Positions 26,901 to 38,900 of a DNA stretch of 64,000 nt are shown here, piece after piece. A program made the translations under genes and the position numbers. Every line of letters starts with the position of its first letter. Positions within the stretch are counted from its first letter, which is position 1. The DNA is from Candidatus Omnitrophota bacterium (GTDB lineage: Bacteria > Omnitrophota > Omnitrophia > Omnitrophales > Aquincolibacteriaceae), in assembly GCA_030698625.1 (NCBI GenBank), contig JAUYMS010000017.1, positions 12,962 to 76,961 of the forward strand. Direction: 5' to 3'. The notes under the pieces are model-generated. The model saw only the letters and a program-made list of their open reading frames with translations. It did not search any database and was not told the origin of the DNA.

Positions 26901-29900
26901 TTACGGTGAAACATACGGAATATTTGCTATTCAGTAATTACATTAGAGATGTCATGGAGCTCTTCGAAGGGGAATTCGCTGCTTGGCACTGGATGCTCAT
27001 TTCGGATTTTCAGTCGCCCACCGGCATGAGTGTTGGGTTTAATGTGCAGGGGGCTTTGCTTTCCCCGAAAGCCGTTGATATGAACTCGCTGTCGAAACCC
27101 GGCGCGTTTTTGCCTTTGGTGAGCACTAAGAAAACAAAACAGGCGATGGCGGCGGGAAAGAAACGCGATCCGAACGAACCGCTTCCGCACGGTGCCGAAT
27201 GGCGCTTTGAGCGGGTGCGTGAGCCGGCTGACAGCCGAAAATATCTGCGGTTGGCCGAAAAGGCGCAGCGCTTGAGCCGTGTTTATTCGGCCGATGCGTC
27301 TTCGACCGTCGCTTTCTACTTCATTTCGCGAAGCCTCCGGGAGTTTGAAGAAAGAGGCGAACAGGCCTGGGAGATTTTCGACCACACCGGCCGCACCGTC
27401 GGCTTGAGTGTTCTTTCAAAGCCGAGATCCGATACATTGTCTGCCGAGCTTCGGAGTCTCATCGCCGCAGGCGGGGAGCTTGCCGAGCGGGAAACCGCGA
27501 TTATTCCCGAGTATCAGCGCCGCGGCATCGGGGCAGGTATCGGTATTGAGACCTTGCGCTACCTGCAGGACCATGCCGATGAAGGCATACGTTTTCTTCA
27601 TTCCAGGATTGATTACGGCCATGAGTCGTCTTTTCGCTTTCTGCACCGGGCGGCCCAGGAACTGGGACTGCCGATCCGCCTTGTGCCGGGCCCCGCAGGG
27701 GAAACCGGGGCACATCATCTGCTGGTTGATTTGTATCCGACAGAAGACCGCAGCGATGAAATTAAGACGATCATTAAGGAGTTTGCGGGACTGTCAGCGA
27801 ACATCGACAAGGCGTGGGAACAGTTGCAGAAACTGGAACAGACCGAACGGTCCGAATTAAGAGCCACGCCTATACATGACGAGCGCCTCGGGGAGCGCGC
27901 CTACATCAAAGAGTCCCAGACGGCCCGCTTGCAGGGCAGTGACCGGTTTCCGGCCGGCTATCGATCCCTTTTTATCGGCAACGGTTCCGATCCCTATCCT
28001 GTCGAAGAGGCCCGCTTGGGTGCGGTGAGTGACGCTATCGATACCCGCTATGGCGACGAAATAATGGCAGGCACCGAGAAAGTTTTCCGCGAGGCAGCCG
28101 ATCGCTTTAGTATTCCGATGGTAGGGGAGCAACCTGTTCTCAGATTCCTCCGCGGCGACATCAACGACCGGACAGAGAGTGAGACTCAGGCGCAAACGAT
28201 CGCCAGGCTTCTCGGCCTTCCGTCGGCAGAAGATGCCCTTGACCATATTTCGGTTCTGGATTTCTTTATCGATCCGGGCGATGCCGGTCCCACCGGGTCC
28301 TTTGATTTTCTGCTTCGCAACGCGATGCAGGCACAATTGCTACAGCGCGGAGTTCAGGGAATTGTGGAAGACAGTGTGCGCGCGGAGCCTGCTATCAACC
28401 TTTTCAAGGCACTCCTGGAACTCGTAAAGCCCGGAGGGACGATCGAGTTCAGCGAGGAGCCCCTCGTCCCGGAAGGCCGGTTGCCGGTCACGGCCTTCAG
28501 CGTCTTCGAGACCCTGCTGAAAGACTCTGGTTATCAGGAAGGCCGCGATTACCGGCGCGAGATCGTCGGCACAACCAACATCGAACACAATGGCATCGCC
28601 CTATATACCATTCTCAATAAACCCGAGCTCGGTCCGGCACAGATTGACGTGCAATTCGCCGGGCGAATCGAGAGATGGGGAGCTGAGAGAGGGTCCGATG
28701 AAGATATGGCATCGGCTATCCACGACTTTTTCCTTGGCGGCAGCGAAGACACCCTGGCAGTGGCCGAGCAATTGTTTGGCGAGGCGATACGAATGCGCGA
28801 TATCGAAAAAATCGAAGCCCGTCACTTTGCCCATGACCCCGTTCTCCATATGTTCGATGCGAAGATGACTCTCAAAGACGGAAACAGCCGGGATTTCTCT
28901 CTGATCCTGCCGGTCGAAGTGGGGGATGAGGAGTCCGATTTTGTTCGCGGTTTCAGGAATGTAGAAGAAATGCAGCGGCGCGGTTTTACAAACACAATCA
29001 AGCTGCTGCGGCTAGGCCGCGGGCAGATCGCTGCGCGGCACCCGCAGATGAATGGTAAGCCGCTGGCGATTGCTGCCGTGGAAGATCTCGGGGGCTTTGC
29101 AATCCTCCAGCCCCGCTACTATGCGCGGGCAGATTTTAGCGTACGGGGCCTGGACAATAGTAACCGGGTTCTCAGAGAAGTGAAAGTATTCGAAGAACCC
29201 CTTCCGGTGCAACACGCCATTCTGAGTGAAGTGGGAAAGTATATGACCCTCCTGACCGGGCATGAACCCGATTCGGATGAGATCAGCTATGTGTCGGTCA
29301 ATTTCGGGCTCCGTGATGTGCTCACCCGAATTTATCGCGGCCACGACTTTGATATCAAGACGCTCTTAGTACGCGGCATCGCGGATAATCGTAAGCCTGA
29401 GAATTTCCTGGATTATTTGATGGGCGGTAGGTTCGTCTTGCTCGATGGCCGCGCGCTCTTTCCTGTGGAGCCCCTGCTAAGGGGTATCGCCATGGGGCTT
29501 ATCGAGAAATTCGGCAAACAGGATGGCAGCCGCTACTTCAAAGACTGGATGCAGCGCTACAGAGAAGTTCTTAGCAACCGCGCCGAAGCATTGCGTGCCT
29601 GGCAGTCCAAGCTATACGATGGGGGAGCGAACCCCAGAGATTTTCTGGACGCGGATCTGGTGAGCTGGCTCGAAATGCAAATAGAGGATGCCAAAAAGGA
29701 CGAAGACCTAGCGGTTTTCTATCCGTGGGGCACGGAAAAATTCGAAACCTATCTTGAAACCGGCAAACGTGATTCCGACGGAACGATCGTTAAATTTCCG
29801 GCTGCGATCCTCAAGGTCACAGAGCGCGTCCTCGCGGCCGTGGAGGCCCTGCCGAAAACGCAAAGTGAAATACAAGCATTTGCCGCGGAAAGACCCGAGA

Positions 29901-32900
29901 TTCGCTTTGCCGGACCGGTCGATCAGTTGCCCGAACGATCCGAGCTTAGAGCCGACGATCCGTGGCATGAGACGCAGCTTGCTTATCTTATGCAGCAATC
30001 CGATGAAGCCTACCGCGACGCAAAAATTGGGGAGCTTGTTGAGGCCGGCCAGTTCACTCGGAGTACTCGTGATGCGACCGTTCCCGCAGCCTCCCGTGTG
30101 TTGGAGCAGCAAAAAAGCGAGACAGCGCCTATTGGTTACTTCAGTAGCCTGCTTCGCCTTGCCGGCGGCGACGAGGTCGGTGCATCATTTGAAGCGCGCT
30201 TCGGAACCGAAGGTTCTGTGACCGTCGATGAGGTCTTTCATTACTTCTTGGAACAGATCGATACAATCACCCATGAAGACGGCACCTCAATCGTTAACGA
30301 CTCTCTGCTCGACACCAACGAGAGCAAGAAGAGATTGTTGAACGAAATCTATCCGGTAATCCTGTTCAGTTTTGCCGGAATTACGCGGAAGCATGTCACA
30401 ATTCCGTATATTTTTCACCTGCTCGGTGTTGCCCTGCTGACGGTTCAGACCCTTGCGGAGAGCAACATTACCCACACCCAGCCCCGGAACGAAAGAGAAG
30501 CGTGGGTCATGGATATGCTCATCGCCTCGCTTTACCATGACCTCATTGAAGATACTGCCTTCTCCCCGTTCAACCTCGAGAAGTTCACATCGCGGAAGGC
30601 GCGGTTGCGCATTGAAGCGCTGACGAAACTGGATGTCCTCGAGAATATAGAGGGTATTCCGGCAGAACCCCTGGCGAAGCTCAAGAAACGAATTGAGAAG
30701 ATCAATTATACGGAGCTTAAAAAAGGCCCTAAAACGCTGGTGATCAAATTCGCCGACCGCATGTACAACCTGGCCGACGCGTTTGTGACCGCAAACTTTC
30801 TTCGCGGTACTGACGAGGCTGTGTTCGCGACGGCGGAGGCATTTCGAATCAAGTACGTGACCCAAACTACGGGAGAAGACGGTTTCCTTGCAAATCTTGT
30901 TTATGGGGAGAATCTCCCGACCGGCGAACCGTGGTTCATCGATGTGGCCAATTTTTTTGTCGCGCGTATTAATGAAATTACCGGAGAGAGTAACCCGCAA
31001 TTGGCGCGGGAATCGGAGGCGGCACAGGCGGGGGAATGGATCGATCTGCTGGATCGTGATTATGAGCGTGCCCGTCAGACGCTCATGAGTATGGAAGCCG
31101 ATGAGCGGGACAGAGTTCGTCTCGACGCGATCGAAGCGCTCAGGAATGAAATTGCCAGGATGCATCGAGGCACGATACACCTGGAGCCCGTTACGGCATT
31201 GACTCAGGACCTGAAGGGCGACTATACGGTTCGGCGCCTTACTTCATTGAGGGAAGACCTCGTTGTGAAGGACTTTGACCATGCGGAAACCCCGGGCTAT
31301 GAAGGAGATTATCTTCGGGAATCCCGGCATATCAGTCAACTCGTAGCGCGCCGCGGTACGGAAGAATATCTGATGCGGCTCAAGCTCTTCTGGCTTCAAA
31401 CGCTCCCCGAAGATTTTTCGATCGTGCATGTGGCCAGCGGCGTCAATTATATACCCTCTTACCTCTTTCCCTACACCGCAGTGACTTTGATGACGGTCAA
31501 TGCCAGTGCAGCGAACTTTATCATGTCTTCTGTTACGGGCATTGATGACAGTGCCTGGAACCTCAATCTGATAAAGAATCTCGATTACAGCGACGGCATA
31601 GACGCTCTTGATATTCCGAAGTTGAGGGGTGCGATCGACTCAAGCCCGCAGGCGAAACCGTCGCAGCGCGTTTTCTTTTTTAGCAACTTCGAACCCTGGG
31701 CCCGAAACTCCTGGACCTTTTTCGAAAATCAACGCACCCGTTACCGGACGAAGGAACCGCCGGCCGACCTTGCGGAAACCTGGGCGCGTGAAGCCGACGA
31801 AGGCCTCATTCGAGAGGGCGATACCCTGATTTTTTCAGGCGACGGTGACAGCGCTATCATGGAGGCACTTATCGCGCGAGGGTTTGTGGAGTTGCGCTAC
31901 CCTGCGGGCGTCCAAGAGAGCCTATTGGCAGCCGACGCCGGAGATTACAGCGTCAACTATATTGACGACCAGTATATCGAATGGGCCCGGACATTTCGCG
32001 TTTTGCAGAAACCTTACAGCGATGCGGCTGCAACTGAGACCGATCCTATCTCGAGTGCGCAATGGGTGAAATCCGATCGCTCCGAGCTGCGGGAAGATAC
32101 AGCGGTAGATACGGCAGTCAAAGTGGGGGCGGTGGTCGTTGGAACCGCCGCGGCGGGCACTGCGGGTTACTACCTATTAAGGAAGAAAGGCGACGGCTCA
32201 GGTAAGCCGGAGCCGATTCGGGTTGAGGCGCGCCAGGTCGGCCGGCGCGAATTCATGCAGACAAGTACTGCGGTCATGGCCTCGATGTCGCCGGCGGCGA
32301 AATTGTTTCTCGGCCAAGCGGCGGCTGAAACCGCGGTCGAAACAGTCGCCGGCACATTTAACGCGCAGACGGAAATGATGTTTGCCATTGCGCGGGCGAT
32401 CAACGGGATCGCGCGGGTCGAAGACGGAAGCTCCTCCGGCGCTCCGCTCGTAACTGATATCCTGCCTTGGCATCTGGAAAATAATCCCGACCTTATGCCC
32501 GACCAGGTCGAGGCCTTGAGAGAGAAAATTCTCGTCGCGCAAGATCACGTCAGCAAAAGTGTTTCGAAGCAGATATTCGCGCGGGCGTCCCGAATCCAAT
32601 TACCCGAGGGTATTTCGAATAGTACCGAATTGGATGAGTTCGTCAGGAAGTTTTTGTTGCCGCTCACCCGCACGTTGGGTAATGAGGTCGGCACGATCGT
32701 CAAAGGCCTCAAGACACGCGCCTTTGCGCAGATGGCGCTCCGGAAAGCAGCAGAGACGGCAAAACCGGCAGGGCTCAAAGATTATAATGCTGAGAAAGCA
32801 GCGAAAGCCGAACAGGGACAGCAGTACGCTGACTACGCCAAAGACGAGGCTGCGCGGATTTTCCGTATCGAGACGGCGCTCGAAGATAAGCGCCGGCGAT

Positions 32901-35900
32901 TTTCGGCCGAGTATGACCGCCTGCAGGCAGAACTCAAAATCGTACGTGACGAAGCAGCAGAGCCGCTAATCGGTAGTGACCTCGGCGGTGATCAGGATAA
33001 GCACTATGCCCGCTCTCTTTTGCCGATCCTGGCGGCCGAGGCCAAGGCACTGGCCGCAAAACTCGGGGAATTGAGAACTCTTATCGGGATCAGCCGCAAG
33101 CGCCAGAAGGCAGAAATGTGGTACGACACGGAGTTGGGCAATCTTGCGAATTCGTTCGGCCGGAAGATCGATACTTACCTACAAGGCTTCCGCAGAAGCG
33201 GCGAGGCCGATCCCAAACCGGCACTTCAAATCATTACCGATTTCCTGCGTGAGATCGGACGCGAGGACTTGTTATCCACCCTCGAACTTTACCAATACGA
33301 CAATCCGCAAATCAAGGACAATAAAATGTGGGCCGTGATTGTCGACGGCCATCAGACGTTGGCGTTTCTTCAACTCAGCGGTACCTACCACGTATCCCTA
33401 TTGAATGACCCCGTTTACTACGGCAAGACGACCGAAAAGGGTTTTGAGGCGCGCGGTAACGGAGCCCAGCGGGGTGCGCGGCTCTTCCTGCGGTATTTTG
33501 CACCGCGCTCTCTGTATCCTGAAGAGACGCAAGGCGACGTTTCCGTTGTGAAATTGCCAGACGGCCGTACGATCGAGATCCTCCGCGATCCCCAGCTGCT
33601 GGGCCGCTACCTCAGTCTGACCGTCAAAGACGCAGACGGCAACGAAATCAGCCATAGCGTGGAAACGCTCCATACGGTTGTTGAGCTCGGAGCGCCGGAG
33701 CCAAGGACAAAGTATGAATTTACACGTCGGGACGGCAAGTATGTCCTTCTTCCCGCACGTTCCGAGTTGCGCAGCCAGGGCGCGTTTACGTTTTATGAAA
33801 AAGACGAGCCGATCCTGCATGTGCAGATTAACGTGAGCCCGGGTGGCGACTCAGCCGATTTTAATCTGGCGGCGATCGAATCCGCGCTCTTAGGTCTCAT
33901 GAAGACCAAGAGGGCACTGATCAAGTCGGCGGACCCTAAACCGGAACTTCTGTGGCAGATCAGCAAGGCGGGCCCGAACCTCGCGATCGGTGACGAGAAT
34001 AGAACGATTTACCCCATTGCGGTTGAAGGCGCCCGGCCTTCCCTGCTGCTTAAGATTAAAGATCCCGGAAACGCGAGTAACATTATTGCCACGGCTTATA
34101 TCCATGAAGTCTCGGGCGAAATCGTGAGCGATTCCTTTGCGAAAGAACGCGAAATTGCCCGGGAGGCGGTTGCCAGACTAGACCGCAGGACTAAAAAAAT
34201 AGAACGGGTCCTAATTGTCGATGACGAAAGCAACCGGCGCGCCGTGGTTCGCCGCGTGCTTCGCGATGCCAATAAATCAAGCGAAGAGACCGAATACGGT
34301 GAAGCCGAAAACGGCCGCGATGCCGTGAACGTATTTCGTCATAGCACTTATGACCTGGTGATTACGGATATGGATATGCCGAATGGTAACGGCGACGAGT
34401 TCATCCGGGAGATCCGCCGCACGGCCGGCCCCAAGGTGCCGGTCATTCTCTTGAGCGGCTCACAGTGGGCGCATGAGCAGGTCCGCAAAAAACTCGGCCC
34501 CAACGCGATCAGCCTGGCCAAAAAAGGCTCGGGCTACAACGCCAACCTTGTCCTGCAGTTCGTGATCGAAGAACTTCAAAATCAGGTGCGGCGCTCCGAG
34601 CTGCGCCTCAGTATCGGGGAGATCGAGCAATTTCTCAAAACGAAGCAAGAGGGGCTGATCGCCGGTTATGCGCAACATTTTGTCGACGATATCGCGAGCC
34701 TTTCAGACGAGGATATTCAACAGGGGATCCGGGACTTCTCTTTGGATGAGGAAGTCTATGGCCGGCCGGCGCTTGATGCGGAGCAGTTAGAAGACCGCAC
34801 TCCCGAAGGCCGGTACGCCATTGTGACGGAAGCCCTTTTCCGTTATCTCAGGGCACATCAGGGGCGCGTGGCAAACTATGCGATTGAGTTGGCGCGAATG
34901 GTTTCTGACAAATTCCCCGATGAATTTAATTACAACGATGAAGAAGCCCGGAAGTTATTCAGGGTCTCTGTCCTGGCGCACGATATCGGCAAGGTCAAAG
35001 TCAAACCCTCAATCCTTCTCTTTAGTAAGGGGCTATTGAAAGGCGACGATTTGGAAACGATGCGCTCTCATGCCGCGCTCGGGGCGGATATCGCCCGTGA
35101 TTACCTGAATGAGATAGGCGTGGATCCGGAGGTTCGTGATTCGGTTGTGAATGTCGTCAATTTCCATCACGAGGATTGGAACGGAGAGGGTTATCCGCAG
35201 CGCCTCAAGGGAAAGGACATTCCCTTTTTGGCACGGCTCGTCCGTATTGTCGACACCATGGAAGCGATGCGCCCTCTCATTCCGCGCTTCCACTCCTATA
35301 AGAGTTCCACGGTTGCTCAAGTGATGGGGCTGCTTGAAACAGGCAAAGAAAAGTATTTTGACCCAAGCTTGGTCGACATTCTCTTAGACGGCATCCGCGA
35401 GGATAAGGCCACGGCGCGGCGATTCGCGGGGTTGCTTCTCACGGATTTAGAGACGCTCGATGACGCGCTGGGCATCGAACGCTCCGAACTGCGGAGTTCA
35501 ACAGAAACCGCGGATGATGATTTTGAACAGCAGCTGGCGGACGTTGCCGAAATCGTTCAAAACTTAGTCCGAGGCACGGGAGAAGCCTCAAAGTCAGCCG
35601 TGTCTATCGTCATGAGCCTTGCCGAGAGCGGCTATTTCCATCCGCACCAATCGTGGCTCCAACGTAGACGTCCGTTACAGGGTAGTCAATTGGAAGCGCA
35701 GCGCCGCCGTATAAAGCTCTCCTTTACCGATGCGCCTTACCCGGGCCATACCCCGGAAAATGCTTTTTTTAGCCTGACGATCACGGGAATCCCGAACAAT
35801 GAAAGGCTGCGCAACCTCGCCGCGGCCCTTAAGGAAGCTCATATTGTTTCTGCGACCTCCTCGTTGGATCTGCTGGTCATTTTAGAGGCCCTTGTAAAAC

Positions 35901-38900
35901 AATTGCCCTCAAGTAATTTTGACGCAGAAAAGCTGCAGCAATTGGCGGCTCGCGTACAGGCGGTGAACGAGGAGTCGGGTACGTTGGGATTGTCTCAGGT
36001 ATTGCTTGCATTACGCGAGCTCACGAAGAACCACTTTTTCCATCGCAGGGGATTTAACGATGTCATGCGGGCGATAGACGTTTTGGAGAGTATTGCTGCG
36101 GACGAGCGGCGGGAGCAATTATTCAGTCTATTCTATTATCTCAACAAGGAAGAATTCTTTCTTGAAAGGGGATGGTCGCTCGCCCGAATTTCCCGAGGAC
36201 TCGTGCTGATTGTGTCAAAAATCCCTGTTGTGAATTTTATCCTTGGCCTTTTCCTGCAGTGGTTGTGGATGAGAGCAGAGTGGCTCGTCAGTTTCTTTCT
36301 TGCAGAGAAGCAAAGTGTGTCGAGACTCGAGTGGGCCGGTCTTGCGGCATCGTCGGAAGACCTGCAAGAAATTACTTCTGCGTGGGCGAAACTCTCGCTT
36401 TCTGTAGAAAACAGGGGAATATCGCGCAGATTCTATCTGAATGCCCATTTGTTAAGGCAATTGGGCCCGAAAGGGGCTCGCGCGGCTCTCCCGTCGTGGA
36501 TGAGCAGGTTGGAGGTTTGGGAGAAAGATCACGCAAGGGAATTTTTATCTGAGGCGTTTCTGAGCGGCCCTGTAGATCAACCGGATGCCGCATCCCCGCA
36601 GCCTTCAAGTAGTCGTGCCTTGAGCACAATGATTAACACCAGGCTGTCCGATAGTTTTCTGAACCTGGGTCCCGGGATGCCTGGCGATAGAAAAATCGGT
36701 GTCTATTACGGCTATCTGCTTAACCATATTCTCGCCCAATCGATCGTAGATACGGATAAGGACCCTGCGCACTTAAAGCAGATGGCTTTTGAACTTGCCG
36801 CGCTTCTCATCGCGGATAAGAAGGTCATGCCATGGGTTGTCATTGCGGTGCTGGATGAATTGGAGCTGTTTGAGGCTAAGCAGGAGATTGTAACGGTTGT
36901 CGGCACCGCGGCGGCGATTGCGGCCCATCATGGTGCCGATTTCAAAGAGGAGCTGTATTCAAAATTTCTGACGCACAGCATTCCGAGAATTGCGTTGGAA
37001 TCGCCCGAATTACCCATGGAGTTCAGCGCGCTTCAGCGGGCGGTGGCGGGAATCCTGGGTTTTTATCAGGATGAGCGTTACGCGTTGGATCTGATCAAAG
37101 TGACGGGCCGCTATCTCAGTGATGAAGGCCGTCCCGATGTGATCGCAGATCGCATAGCGGAATTGGACGCAGTGGAGTCGATCCATTTCGAGACGCCGCG
37201 GATTCGAAAACAGGTCATTGACAAACTTGCACGTGTGCACACCCGGGCCCAGGGCAGTCGCTTTTTTGTCAGCGATGAAGTGCAGCAGCGGCGGCAAGAA
37301 GTCCTCGAAAACCTGAGGGCTGAGAAACAGCCCGCGCGTATTGTGACTGCCGGGCTGCTGGCAGAGTTTGAAGAATATATAAGCACGGTTGCCTCTGAGG
37401 ATGAGATCGGTCTTGTGAAGTCGCTAAATCGATACGGGCACTTGCTGCATAGGAACAGGAGAGGGGCCGTACCATTTGGGGCCTTGGGTGTGCTAGGGAC
37501 GCCGGGGTCGCGTTGGCACGACGAGTTCCCGGCCGTGAAGCTGACAAATACGAGTCTCGACGAAGTCGATATCTATGAAGGTTACGATGGCCCGAACTGG
37601 CTTATGGGCGAGGGTTTCAGCAGTCGAGCGGCGTACCGCGCGGTGCAGGAAAAAATCCGTGATGCGGTCAACGCCGGCCGTATTGACTATGCGAATGCTG
37701 CTGCCGTCATGAACGCTCAAGCAAAGCGAATCGAACGCTCCGAACTGCGGCTTCCCGGTGAAAAAGTAGCGGTCATCGGCGGGGCCGGATTTGTGGGTGC
37801 CACCGAGGCGTCCATGCTTTCGGCTCGCTTTGGCCATGATGTCACGGGCGTCGACATCAAAGACGAAAGCGTGAAGTCGCTCAATGGCGGCACATTGGTC
37901 AATTATGCCCCCGGCCTCGAAGAAATTCTCCAGGAGGGATTGAACACGAATCGCCTGCGGTTCACAACACATTTGGAACAGGCGATCAAGGATCGCGAGT
38001 TTATTTTTCTTGCCTTGCCCACACCCTATAAGGAAGACACCGGGGAGGCGGATATAAGTTTTCTCGAGAACGCCGTGCGGGACATTGTCCGCCTTGCGGA
38101 ACCCGGAAAGAGGAAAATCATCATCGGTAAAAGTACGGCCCCTCCTGCCACGGCGAAACGTCTGAAGGAAATTATTGCCGAAGAACTCCCCGAGGGAGCA
38201 GAAGTGCACCTGGCATGGATCCCCGAATTCCTGCGCGAGGGCATGGAAGTCGAAGACGCGTTGGGCGGATCGGGCCGTATGGTGATCGGTGCCGACAGCC
38301 CGGAGATCGCGGAGCGCGTCGCGTCTCTTTATGCGCCGGAGAGAATCAATCCTAAGTACCCGACTCGAAACCCGAATCGACCGGGCGAGCCCATCCCCAT
38401 TGTCAAAATGGGGATTGAAAGCGCCATGCTGGTCAAATACGCCGCGAACGGTTTCCGCGCCACCAAGATTTCCTTTATTAATCTTATCAGTTGGTTTACC
38501 GAAGAGCTCGGTTTCAAAATTGGCGACATCTCGGCAGCGATTGGCGAAGATCCGCGAATTTTGAAACCCTTTTTACAGGCCGGGTGCGGTTGGGGCGGAT
38601 CGTGCTTCCCGAAGGATTCTTTATCCTTTCTGCGCCAAGTCGTAGATGCCGGAATCCCTTACGGATTGATGCTCGATACCTTTGCCGTGAACGAAATCCA
38701 GTGGAGGACCTTTGTCCACCGGATCGATGAGCAGTTAAGCGGCGTAAAAGACAAGACCGTTGTCATCTTGGGAGGTTCCTTCAAACCGGGAACGAGTGAC
38801 GTAAGGGAAGCCCGCTCGATCCTGATTATCAAAGAGTTGTTGAGTCGGGGTGCCCGCGTGCGGGTCTTTGATCCCGTTGCCATTCCCTTTTTGAAGAAGG

